A DNA stretch of 63,744 nt, counting the filler, from Craspedostauros australis (lineage: Eukaryota): assembly GCA_030167865.1 (NCBI GenBank). It is 18 parts of 18 records of this genome, joined end to end, with 100 filler letters (N's around TTAATTAATTAA, not from the genome) between each part and the next. Parts side by side here need not be neighbours in the genome. Positions count along the whole stretch, not along the records: positions 39,533 to 62,600 come from JALAGF010001173.1; 17 more parts are not named here. The stretch is one strand, 5' to 3'. The position numbers and the translations under genes were made by a program. Positions 49,245 to 62,077 of the stretch are shown piece after piece; the stretch's first letter is position 1; each line of letters begins with the position of its first letter. A model generated the notes under the pieces. That model saw only the letters and a list, made by a program, of their open reading frames with translations. It was not told the origin of the DNA and searched no databases.

Positions 49245-51039
49245 CTAATTGCGTGCTGGGTCCACGCTGAGCAAGCTGGTGGTGTCGATTCCATTGTTCA
49301 TCATTTCCTCGAACACATTGCGGAAGTCCTCCAACCACAGGTTTCCGTTGTTGACGTACTCGGTGAGCTTGCCGCTCGTGCTGGCAACGCCGCAATCCGC
49401 AGGGCCGAGGTTGTCATTGTTGCCAGCGAAGTTGCAGGTCACGAAGCCATCCTCATCGATGGATCCTTCGAAGTCGTATGCCAACGCAAGGTCGGCATTG
49501 AGGAAGAAGGTGTTGCCGCCGCGCTGCAGGTTGCGGGTCCTACCACCGCCGCCGCCGCCATTGAATCGCCAAATGGCGTTACCGTTGGCAGCTTCCTGCA
49601 AATTGAAATCACCGTCACGCACACGGTCCAAGAACTGATTGTCCAGTCTCGTTTCGTTCGGCACCCAACGGCCATTGACCAGGCCGGAGTTGCCGACGTT
49701 GAATCGCCCGCTGTGTTGATGAATAAAGAGGTGGATGAAGAGGTGAATGGACGTATTGATAGATCGAGAAACGATGCAAGCGCGAGAGTTGGTGAGAGTG
49801 GTTTTGTCGTCGTAGACATGGACGGTACCTCGTTAGATGATTGCTGGCGGACTCGCAGCTAACATTCACACACCAAGATGGATCGACTTACAGCGTATGT
49901 GCTCCCATGATGGCAACCACCTGGTCGGAATCGAAACTGAAGTGCTCCATGAAGTATCCCAGCAAGCTTTCGGTGGTGAAGTTCACTCCTGGCAGCTCAC
50001 GATTTGGACCGCCAGTCTCAGAGAAGCCAGCGGCGTCGCATGTTGGCCTACCGTACAAGTTGAAACGGTAGTCGAAGTTGTTGTTGGGCTGCATGGTTTC
50101 GGCAGCCGTCAATCCAGCCAACGCCCACACATCAGTCCGAGTGAGGTATTGCGAGTATCTCTGCACGAGTGGACGCAGGGCCTGGATCGGCGTGAGCAAT
50201 CCGTTGTTGTCTTGGTTGTTAAGATTAACGCATCCGTCACACATATCGACGCAGTCATGGAAGCTGAGACGGACGAGCTGCGGTCCAATACGGTTGCTGT
50301 TTCGGACCATCGCAGCGATCTCGCTCTTGAGCTCATCGACTGCCTGTCTTGGAGATTCGAACGGGCCATCGCTGCCATCGTCTTCGTCGCCAGTCTCGTC
50401 GGTGTCGACATCCGCATCGACATCCGTATCGGCATCCGTATCGACATCCGTATCGGCACCCGTATCGACATCAGTGTCGGCGTCAGTGTCGACATCTGTA
50501 TCCGTATCGGCATCTATATCGGCGTCGGCGTCCGTATCGCCATCGGCGCCTTCATCGTTGCCTGCGTCAACGTCAACGTCAACGTCTGCATCAGTATCGA
50601 CGTCAGCGTCCGTATCGCCATCGGTGTCTGCATCGTTGCCTTCATCATTACCCTCATCTCCTTCCACGTCTTCGTCACCGTCGTTGTTCTCGCCATTATC
50701 AGTGTTTTCGTCATTGGTTTCATCCACGCTGTCGTTGACATCGCCATCGACATCGATATCCTCGTCGCTGACATTACTGGTGGAGCTTCTTCGTCCACCA
50801 CGGCTACGACCACGGCCACGGCCACCGCTGCGCCCACTGCCGCGTCCACCACGTCCTCTACCTCGCTGCAAGGCACGGTCCCCACGAAGGGATCCACTGC
50901 GGACATCGGCAGTATCTTCGTCGCACGGAACAGCAGCATCTCCGTCGTGTGGATTCTCACCTCCAGCGGTGTAGCCAAGGAAGGGGCATGCCTGGGTGGC
51001 AACGGCGGTTGTCAGCAGAATGGCAAGGTTGAGCTTCAT
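49245..51039 (-). CDS. Secreted heme peroxidase (plant/fungal/bacterial superfamily), 2 exons, 537 aa
   Basis: Signal peptide plus CPF, distal VRLSFHDC and CDGC. Proximal GAHTL|G is split by intron 49891-49711 (CT|GTAAGT...CACAG|C). Followed by LDNQF, LNADLAL and WLEDF. Confidence 0.88.
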
Positions 51040-52879
51040 CTTTCGTTGGTAAGATAGTGGTGAATATAGCGTGATAGAGTACGTGTACTTTGGTTTGCGT
51101 TTGGGTTTGACCAAGTCTTGATTTTGTGAGATGAAACTGATACCCGAAGCTGAAGAAGTGTCGCTCTGGTCTATTCTGCTGCAATGTCACTGGGCTTGAA
51201 GCCCGATCTTGCAGGAACACACAGGTATTTCTCCACATCATCAAATCGACCGTGTGTGAGGAAGACACGAGAAGCAACAACGATAACGTCGTAGATTAGC
51301 GTTGATGACAAAGCAGACATCCACCTGAATGGAATATTTCGGAAGGAGTGGTCCGAGAGCAAATAGCACATCAGAGAACATATTGCATACTTGCAGTATG
51401 TACCACACGTACGAGTTACTCGTAGGCATGGGACAATGGGCAGAGCGATGACAGTTCCAGCTTCGCACGATTGCTTGCGTAGCTCGTATACACGGAGCAA
51501 CACTATATTCGGCATGCAAGTCACAGCGCGACGAACTGTCCGGTCTGCAAGTTGGGAATCACTCTGCAGAGGAACCGGTGAATTCCACCAACACCCTCGC
51601 AGAAGTCCACATTTTCTCCGCACCGGAGAATCTGTGGCGCGTGTTGGAGTCAGGTGTGCTTGCGGAAATCACAGAACGATTGCTGTCACAATGTACCATC
51701 GGCATGTATCCTGTCAGGCAAAGCAAGGCCTTTCCGCGATGCGAATGCACGATCCTCCAATGACGCGAAACGTGGCAAACCAGGGGGCTGAAAACTCTGA
51801 CATCGCAATTAATAGAATATTTCACAAGGTATCTCAATACCACATGCGATGCGGCGATTGCTCGACAGGATGCGATGAAGCACGATGTGAATACAACATG
51901 AATTCTGAGGTCTTTCGGTTGGTGGCACCATCGCAACGGATGCAACCATCCCCAACCATCGCTTGACGTTGCCACATCTGCAGGAGACGATGCCACCGAT
52001 GCTGCTCCGAATGTCACCAGTTTCCAAACGGGACGCGGGCAAGGGAGCTTTCGTATCGTGAGTACATTCGCAACAAGTTTGTGGCACGGAGCCCGGACTG
52101 CAGCTTCTCTAGCTTACGTACGAGTACGATCCTCCGCCGTCTTTCGACCTTTGGTTGCTGGCACCGTTCACAATTGTACCAGTATCATCGCAAAGACTCG
52201 ATCGTGTGAAGGTGCCATCCCGAGAACGTACGCAGTCACCGGCGTTGCGTCGTTGGTCTTGGTCGTGACAACGCTCTGCTATGAACGGGACGGGACAAGT
52301 TCCGTCAACTGACACCTAAAGATTCACCATGACCTGGCTCGCCGACTATGATGGTTCGTGGAATACCCGTACCATAGGAGCAACCAACAGAGGAATACAA
52401 CCACGGGGCGCCGAAACAGCGAGGTGGCACCGAGAAGCCTCCCCTCGCGTTGTGATGTGAAATTGACGTTATTTTCACGTTTCGACGCCTCGAACATTCA
52501 AAAACAGAAAAATGAAGTGTACACATTTCCACGTAACTCCCAAGGTTCGCTTCGCATTTCAGCTCTCATGCTCGCGACCGAATGCTTCAACCGTTCTGAT
52601 TTCCGCAACTCCAGCCAGCGCGTTCGAATGTTTCCTCTTGCTCCGCTTGCGAGGTGATCGATGACTGTCGTCGGCACACAACAAGGAAGCCCTTTCTGTG
52701 CTGATCAGCGATGGGTCTCGTTTTCATCAGCGAAGGGCCGAAACGATGACATCACTTCTCGTCGCAATCCCTTGCAACCAGCCGATGGTCTCTCCACCGA
52801 TTCGAAATTTGATCATTGCCAGAGTGGCGAGTGGTGGCATCTCCAGTTGACCCACAATGGCACGCTCCTCGGCTGACAA

Positions 52880-55043
52880 TTAAGTACTACTTGGCACATC
52901 ATCTTCCTCCTTCTCTTCTCCTCCAGGATTCTCAGGATCAGTTGTCGCTGCAGCATCGGCAGCTTGGCCTGCAGCGTCTTCCTCGATCTGCGACAGGCGC
53001 ATGGAGAAGCGACGGGACAAACGCTCCGCCATCAACGTGCGATTGTCACGAGCATTGTCATATTCCTCATGACACTGCACAGTCGAAGAAGCAAACCAAA
53101 GATCGTGGCGGAAAGGGATGGATGGTTTCGGAACAAAGACATCATGTCAGATGTGAGTACGATAGCGTGACGAATGAAGGAATGGCTGAATGGATGGCTG
53201 AATGGTTGGAAACACAGATACACCATACATGCACACCATCATACCAGCTGCGCATACCATCCACACATACCACCCACTCATACCACATGAAACATACCGC
53301 GTCACCCCACAGAACAGGAAGCACACTCACCTGACCCATGAAAGCACAGAACTCAAGGAAGTCGACATATCCGCTGCCATCGGCATCCATCACTGCCCAC
53401 AACGCTTCGAAGTCATGACGGTTCATTTCAACTGCCTTTCCGGAGCTCAAGAACTCCCACATGCCCTCCTTCGTGATGTTGCCAACGGAGCTCGCACGTC
53501 GGTCACTCTTGTCAGCCGTGGATTGGGCGTCGATCTTCTGGAACTCACGGGCCAATGCCGCAGCATCCATGCGTCTGGCCGGTACGCGGATGCTCATGGT
53601 CTGTGCAACATGTGTGGCGAATACGGCACGGTATCTCTTTGCCTGTTGTTTGTTGTAGATGTAGACTGCGATGGCGACTATGATGAGGAAGAAGAGGACA
53701 CCGCCGATGGTGAATCCAGCGATGATTCCTGTCTTGACGGGCGTGGTTGGCTCTTGGTATGGGTTTGTGGCGCAGTTGGGGTCGAACTGTGTTGTCCATG
53801 GATTGAATGATCGATTGATCGATTGGTGGAATGATTGAGAGAAAGAGGCGAAAGGAGGAAACAGAATTGAGTGAATCAGCAAATCATGATCGAGAGGTGA
53901 TGAGAACGACTGGAGCCAATGGGAAGACACTCATGGCTGCGCAAAATGGCGCCTCGGCGCATTCTCTGCTGCTGAACGTACCTGACACCACTGCTCTTCG
54001 GTTGGGAAGAAGCCTGTGGCGGAAGAGCCGACCATCGGGACCTGCACCTGGACAAAAGGTGGGATACCGAACTCCAGAAATGTTGTCTGGATACCTTCGA
54101 CGAACGCTTGCTCCGTCACGCGTCTGAATGTACATCCTTGCGAAAAAGAGAAGTTGTTGCCAACGTAACTCGCACTTTGCTCACGGACGGTGTTGCAATC
54201 TTTGTCAACACAAGTAATGGACGTTGTCAGAAACGAACCTGGTTCACCTTCCTGAGGAGTCTTGGTGAAGAGGGTGTCGTCGGCAACTGGGAAGGTGATA
54301 GTTGTGTCTGTATCCGCGAAGGGGTCGACTGTGATATTGAAGGTGGTCTGAAATGGCAATGTAATCGCCCTGCCATCCAATTCGAAACTCGATGTGCCGT
54401 ATACGTCAAAGGCTCGGGAGATGCCGAATGGTGTGCCTCCTTGAACTGGTGGAAAGAAGGTGTATCGATGGTTGACGTTTCTCGTGCCCTGGATTGTTTG
54501 GTTGATGAACACCCTGTACGGGAACGATCCAAGTATCAACATTCCTCCATCTGCCGTATCGAATGATAAGCTCTCCGCTGGTTGATCGTCAGCACCGTAG
54601 CTGTACATGTCGCACGTGTAGTATCCTGTGTATGCCCTCTTTGGTACAAGTAGTATGGCGAAGAAGATTCAACATTTTGGAGTGAAGCGAATGGGAAATT
54701 GTCATAACGATCGTATCGGATGAGAAGGTGGGCAACAGCGTGGCGTTGACCGTCATCAGAAGCGCGTATGTAAAGTATCATGCCGGCATCTTGGTCATAC
54801 TCTGAAACACCCATGCCATTCTATTCTCCCATTTTGAGTTGCACAACTTACCCACAGGCTGTTTTGATTCTCCAAATCATAGTTGGCGCCATCCGCGTAC
54901 CGGACATCGGAATCGGAGAGACATGGTTCACGCCATGGGTCACCACACTTGGCGGCCCAAGCTGTTGTCATACGGCTCATGATGATCGATGTTGCAAGCG
55001 TAATAGTCGAGGCGACGACAGGTCTGATCACGGGAAACTTCAT
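52880..55043 (-). CDS. EF-hand single-pass membrane protein, copy A (499 aa)
   Basis: Exons 55043-54852, 54638-53982, 53786-53331 and 53074-52880, all phase 0. Signal peptide, KCGDPWREPC, ectodomain, TM helix and EF loop DADGSGYVDFLE. Confidence 0.85.
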
Positions 55044-56085
55044 GATGACGATTTTCGGATTGATGTTTCGTAGACTGTTGGATGATTGTGGGATGTTCGA
55101 TGAGTGGATGAAATCTGGTTTTGGGATTGTCTCAACTTGATTTTGTGGCACATGATGATGATGGCAGCGGCGACGGCGTTACAAAGGGTGCAAGCTTCCT
55201 CACTTTTCCCCACTCTGCCCTTTCCGAACAGGAAAAAGTGTGAAATGCACAGCTCAAGCGCAAGGAGCGACACCGACGAGTCCATTGGTGTCTTCGGAAA
55301 GCCAGGTGATTGCTTTCTTGTTCCCTTCAGCTCTTCCCCTTCAGCCCAGACTGGGTCTAATGCGCTTGGATCTGCCTCAAGCACAATGCACATCACGTCA
55401 CTGCTTGCGGCATCTTGTTTCGGTCCGACTTTGCCGAATTGTGGAGCTCTTCCCTTTGTGTCGTCGTTCGTGTGCACAGCTCGACGAGGATTCATGTTGC
55501 GTCATGGACGTTGCGCAGGCAGCAAGGAGGTTTGATGAAATTCACGTTTGCGTTGTGGACGGACAAATTCAAATTTAACGCTCAACGAGCCAGTCGGACG
55601 ACAACTCACCTGTCGCTCTTGGCGACCTGCACCCACGGATCCAAGAAACAGTGACACGATGGACTGTTTTGAGACAACGAGGAGAGAGAGAGAGACATCG
55701 CATTCAGCGCAGCAAGCTCAGAATGACATGTGCATACAATAGTACTCTCTGCATCTAGCTTATGCTTTGGTTATCGAAGTTCCAACGGACTGGGGGCTCT
55801 TGGTGACATGCACATCGCCTGCTCTCCTCGTCCACAAAGTTGATTCGAGCACACACATTCACTGATGAAATGGAAAATGGATTTCGTCCCGCACGACCAT
55901 GGCTAGCGAAAATAAGATACACGTCATGTTGGACATCGCAATCGGGCCGCCGCAGATTCCATCCAGTACGGAGGTCATGATTCGGTGCCATTGGATGCTC
56001 TCATGAATAAACAGTACTGCGATCGCCGAAGTGTTGGAACAAAAAATTGTTCGCGTTGTTAGTGTTTTGGAGATCTTGGATCGCT

Positions 56086-58207
56086 CTAGACCTCTTCGTC
56101 ATTCTCCTTGGCTTTTCTGACATTCTCGGTCGAGTCCACTGCACCTGCGCCTGCTTCAGCAGCTGCTTGGCCCGCAGCGTCTTCCTCGATCTGCGACAGG
56201 CGCATGGAGAAGCGACGGGACAAACGTTCCGCCATCAACATGCGATTGTCACGAGCATTGTCGTATTCCTCATGACACTGCACAGTCGAAGAAGCAAACC
56301 AAAGATCATGGCGGAAAGGGATGGATGGTTTCGGAACAAAGACATCATGTCAGATGCGAGTACGATAGTGTGACGAATGCATGCATGCATGGACGGATGG
56401 CTGAACAGCTGAATGGTTGGCAACACAGATACACCATACACGCACACCATCATACCAGCTGCGCATACCATCCACGCATACCACCCACTCATACCACATG
56501 AAACACACGGCGCCACCCCACAGAACAGGAAGCACACTCACCTGACCCATGAAAGCACAGAACTCAAGAAAGTCAACGTATCCGCTGCCATCGGCATCCA
56601 TCACCGCCCACAACGCTTCGAAGTCATGGCGGTTCATCTCGACCGCCTTTCCGGAGCTCAAGAACTCCCACATGCCCTCCTTCGTGATGTTGCCAACGGA
56701 GCTCGCACGTCGGTCACTCTTGTCAGCCGTGGATTGGGCATCGATCTTCTGGAACTCACGGGCCAATGCTGCAGCATCCATGCGTCTGGCTGGTACGCGG
56801 ATGCTCATGGTCTGTGCAACACGTGCGGCGAATACGGCACGGTATCTCTTTGCCTGTTGTTTGTTGTAGATGTAGACTGCGATGGCGACTACGATGAGGA
56901 AGAAGAGGACACCGCCGATGGTGAATCCAGCGATGACTCCTGACTTGACTGGTGTGGTTGGCTCTTGGTATGGGTTTGTGGCGCAGTTGGGGTCGAACTG
57001 TGTTGTCCATGGATTGAATGATCGATCGATTGATTGGTGGAATGCATGAAGGGAAGGGAGAGATAGCAAATGAAAGAAGATCGGGAATGTGAGAGGGGGG
57101 AAGCAGCGGCAGATTTGCGAGGACAAAAGGATCGCCGATACCAACTGCACTACGAGAATATATGAACCTTGGCATCTGTAGAATACAGAATATATGTACT
57201 TGCCTCACACCATTGCTCCTCTGATGGGAATACACCAGTGAGCGAAGTGTTGGTCATGGGGACCTCGATGCGGAATGCTTCAGGGACAGCGAACTTGTTG
57301 TAGTCGCTCCTGATGCCCGCAATGAACTCGTCTTCTGTGATGCGCTGGCTGTTGCAGCTCAAGAAAAAGAGCAACTTGGAGTTGTTGTAAACAGAATTGA
57401 TCTCGCTTTGAGCACTGCAGGCTGCATCAAGGCATGTGATCGTGGTCACGAGAGTCAAGAAGCTCCGACCTGCCACGACTCCTTTGGTCACAGTGGTATC
57501 ATTTCCAACTGGGTATGTGATCGTGTTTTCTTCACCTGCCTGACGGACAGGGAAATCCAGGTTTTGTTGCAAGGGCAAGGTGACAGTCCTCCCATCCAGC
57601 TCAAAGGTTGATGTTCCATAGATGTCCAAGGCCTGCGCCAGCCCGATTGTGCCGACCTCTGGTGCTGGGGGCAGGATTCTGTATCGATGAACGAATGTTC
57701 TTGTCCCTGAGTATGTGTAGTTGTTGTACATCCTTGATGGGAACCCACCCGTCAAGAATGTTCCTAGTCCAGCGATGGGGATTGCTTCCACCATGAGAGG
57801 CTGGGAGTCTGGTCCGTAAGTGTACGAATCACAGACGAAGAATCCAGCGGAGACGGACTTGAGAGAGAGAGAGAGAAGCAGAAGCATGTGATTGATATGC
57901 GTGGGGATACGCCAAACAGCAAATTGGTCACACACCGGAGAATAGGACGAAAGGTGAGGTGAGAACGAAGGGTGTGGGCAGTACTGGCAGAGGTGCAAAC
58001 ATGACCATGCTCCGTCGTTGCGTTGCGAAGACGTACCAAGATTCCTGGCTGATCGGCAACGTCATACTTGGCGTTGTCCTTGTAGCGAGGATCTGAATCA
58101 GAGAGGCAGGGTTCGCGCCATGGATCACCGCATTTGGCACCGGCCACCATGTTGCCTGTCATGGCGGCGGCGACGGCGATGCTTGCGATGAGGAAGCGAG
58201 AGGTCAT
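56086..58207 (-). CDS. EF-hand single-pass membrane protein, copy B (490 aa)
   Basis: Exons 58207-58037, 57857-57204, 56997-56542 and 56277-56086. Intron 2 uses a GC donor (GAG|GCAAGT). Confidence 0.82.
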
Positions 58208-59355
58208 GCTGAATTCGTTGGGCTTCGCGTATGGTATCGTACACTCGCGTTGCGGACGGTGGGTTTGAGTTGCGAAAGGGATCGGAATTTGTGACAACAA
58301 ACTGAGATCTTGTGGTTGTTCGTGGCCTCCACAGTGTCGGGGCATCTCGACGTACGCGACTCATGCGGCCTCACTTGTGATCCCGCTCTCTCTCTCTCTC
58401 TCTCTCTTTCTGACTCTTTGCCTCTCTTGTCGACATCATCACCACAACGAGCGTCATCCTGCCATACCCACGCCAAAGATCGTGCTTGCCCCGAACATCA
58501 ATGTCGGGACTGGTATAGATGCAGGAGCGAGGATCGCAGGGTGATGTCACTCGACAAAGAGGTGCGTGTTTAGATCGTAGAGAGCCCATACCATCAACCT
58601 GGCATCACCGATGCCTGTAATGCTCTCATCCAAGGCAGATCAAAAGAATGAATCGGGAGATTCCATTCCGAATTGACCGGTGGACATAACGAAATGATAG
58701 ATTTGAGTTTCCAGCATGGGTGAGCGAATGTGTACTGGCGACCATTGCCTGTGCCGCATTCTTCATTTCGCAAGCAACAAGTGTCTTGTTCTTTGCGTTT
58801 GCGCACGCGTAGAGCATCAAATGGCCACAATCAAAACACCACCCTGACCTAAACCACGACACTTGAAGAGGTTATGGTAAAATTAAGCTTCTTGCATTAC
58901 TTTGTGTTCACATTCACGGCACTGAAGATCCAACATCGACTACTTCGACCAACTTCGGGTTCGGATATCAACAAGTGCGATGTTGTGGTGCCTTGAGCAT
59001 TTGCGACGGCTTCTTCGCTGGCCCACATCACCAAGGCATCACTTCAAATGGCTTCACATCATGTGACATCGAAGACACGGTGTTGCATAGCCGCAATAGA
59101 AAATGGTGTAGATTCAATGCCTCGACTTGACTTGTCTATTCCACTATTATATTCTAAGAACTTCTCATTGCGGAATGTGCACACATTCAGCTGCGCATGC
59201 GCTTTTGCCCAACGTGTGGCCATGAAACGACATCTTGCCATCACCCCTTGCAACCAGCTGGTTGCCCCATCATCAACTCGGAATTTGATCCTTACCAGAG
59301 TGGCAAGCGGTGGCATCTCCAATTGACCCGCAATGGCACGCTCCTCAACTGACAA

Positions 59356-61466
59356 TTAAGTACTACTTGGCACATCATCTTCCTCCTTCTCTTCTCCTTC
59401 AGGATTCTCAGGATCGGTTGTCGCTGCAGCATCGGCAGCTTGGCCTGCAGCGTCTTCCTCGATCTGCGACAGGCGCATGGAGAAGCGACGGGACAAACGC
59501 TCCGCCATCAACATGCGATTGTCACGAGCATTGTCATATTCCTCATGACACTGCACAGTCGAAGAAGCAACCAAAGATCGTGGCGGAAAGGGATGGATGG
59601 TTTCGGAACAAAGACATCATGTCAGATGTGAGTACGATAGTGTGGCGAATGCATGAAGGAATGGACGGATGGCTGAATGGTTGGAAACACAGATACACCA
59701 TACCAGCTGCGCATACCATCCACGCATACCACCCACTCATACCATATGAAACACACGGCGCCACCCCACAGAACAGGAAGCACACTCACCTGACCCATGA
59801 AAGCACAGAACTCAAGGAAGTCGACATATCCGCTGCCATCGGCATCCATCACCGCCCACAACGCTTCGAAGTCATGACGGTTCATCTCGACCGCCTTTCC
59901 GGAGCTCAAGAACTCCCACATGCCCTCCTTCGTGATGTTGCCAACGGAGCTCGCACGTCGGTCACTCTTGTCAGCCGTGGATTGGGCGTCGATCTTCTGG
60001 AATTCGCGAGCCAATGCAGCGGCATCCATGCGTCTGGCCGGTACTCGGATGCTCATGGTCTGTGCAACACGTGCGGCGAATACGGCACGGTATCTCTTTG
60101 CCTGTTGTTTGTTGTAGATGTAGACTGCAATGGCGACTACGATGAGGAAGAAGAGGACGCTGCCGATGGTGAATCCAGCAATGACTCCTGTCTTGACGGG
60201 CGTGGTTGGCTCTTGGTATGGGTTTGTGGCGCAGTTGGGGTCGAACTGTGTTGTCCATGCATTGATTGATTGGTGGAATGATTGAGAGAAAGAGGCGAAA
60301 GGAGGAAACAGAATTGAGTGAACCAGCAAATCATGATCGAGAGGTGATGAGAACGACTGGAGCCAATGGGAAGACACTCATGGCTGCGCAAAATGGCGCC
60401 TCGGCGCATTCTCTGCTGCTGAACGTACCTGACACCACTGCTCTTCGGTTGGGAAGAAGCCTGTGGCGGAAGAGCCGACCATTGGGACCTGGACTTGCGC
60501 AAATGGCGGCACACCGAACTCGGCAAAAGAAGATTGGACGCCATCGATAAACTCTTGCTCCGTGATACGTCTTTGAGTGCACCCCTGAGAGAAAGAGAAA
60601 ACTGTGCCGATGTAAGTGGCGCCTTGCTCGCGGACTGTGCTGCAATCCTCATCAATGCAGGTTTGGCTTGTCGTCACGAAGGTTCCCGGCGCTCCCTCTT
60701 GCGGGCTTTTGGTGAAGAGAGTGTCGTCGCCAACTGGGAAGGTGATGGTCGTGTCGGTATCCGTGAAGGGATCGACGGTGATGTTGAAATTGCTTTGAAT
60801 TGGCAGGGTGAGCGCCCTACCATCAAGCTCGAAACTCGATGTGGCGTACAAATCGAAGGCTCTCGAGACACCGAATGGCGTGCCCCCCTCAACTGGTGGG
60901 AAGATGAGGTAGCGGTGATTGATGGTCCTGGTGCCTTGGGTGGTTTGATTGCTGAAAACCTTGTACGGAAAGGCTCCCACTATCAGTGTTTGTCCGTTGA
61001 GGCCGTTCACCCCATCGAGCACGAACCTCGGGAGCGGCTGATCATCAGGACCGTAGTTGTACATGTCACACACGTAGTACCCCGTGAACTTTTCCTTTGG
61101 TGTTTGGGCGGAGAGAGTTGATCATCGTGGATGGAAGCATAATACGCAACAGGGCGTCAGATGATGATATGGACAAGGCAACGGCGGAGTCAGGCCGCAG
61201 GTACCGCCCGGACGCCTGGTATTCGATTGCGTCGTCTCAAGCGGACCATGTTGCTGCTGAAAGAGGATCGGATTCTCCCCCGCCGTGCAACGTACCCACA
61301 GATCGTTTTGGCTTCCCAAATCATAGTCAGATCCACTCTTATATCGGATGTCGGAGTCGGAGAGGCAGGGTTCACGCCACGGATCACCGCATTTGGCACC
61401 GGCCGCCAAGTTGCCCGTCATGGCGGCGGCGATGGTGATGCTTGCGATAGAGAAGCGCGAGGTCAT
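59356..61466 (-). CDS. EF-hand single-pass membrane protein, copy C (495 aa)
   Basis: Exons 61466-61296, 61094-60429, 60245-59790 and 59550-59356, with the same architecture as copies A and B. Confidence 0.85.
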
Positions 61467-62077
61467 GCTGAATTCGTTGATCTCACGGAGGATGAATTTC
61501 TGGCCAGATCAGAATTTGTGAGAACATCGACAGTTCGTTTCCGAACTGCGGAGCTTCAATGCGCCTTGCCGACAACTTGTTGTGGTCTTGATGTGGTTCA
61601 TCAGTTGCGGCTGCGGTTGTGGCTGCCACCGTCACTGTGCTTCAACGCCCACCATGACAATAGCGCGTACACACGGCACCCATCAGGAAAAGAAATTGGA
61701 TCAACAAATCCGTGTCCACTGTTCTCATTTCCCCGGTCTTCAACACTCCGTCATGGTGGGACATGGTGTCAGCTCTCCACCAATCAGTGCTCGCGCTCCT
61801 TGGACACTGAACAAGCGGGGAAGAGACAAGACGCACAAAGCTCCTACGATCGTCGAGCTTTCCCCTCAACTGCACCATCGTTCTGTGATGTGTTACTAGC
61901 ACACCAAATCACGCGTTCGTCGCTGTGCCGATGTTTGTCACCTCACGCCAGAAACCGTGATTCGTGAACACGAGAATAGATACGGGGTTACGGCAAAAGC
62001 GTATTATTTCATGTTTACAGGGAGCTGATCGTGGCTTCGCCTTCGCCATGTTGGTCATTGTTGATCTTTTGTCATGA

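Noticed and set aside
51100..52800. Several 60-190 aa ORFs between the peroxidase and copy A
   Set aside because: No codon bias or motifs, so treated as intergenic.
53142..60377. ORF-track N- and C-terminal extensions of the EF-hand ORFs (MSSHWLQ..., VSVLPVLWG...)
   Set aside because: Read-through into introns. Paralogue D has splice sites at the same positions but unrelated sequence there.
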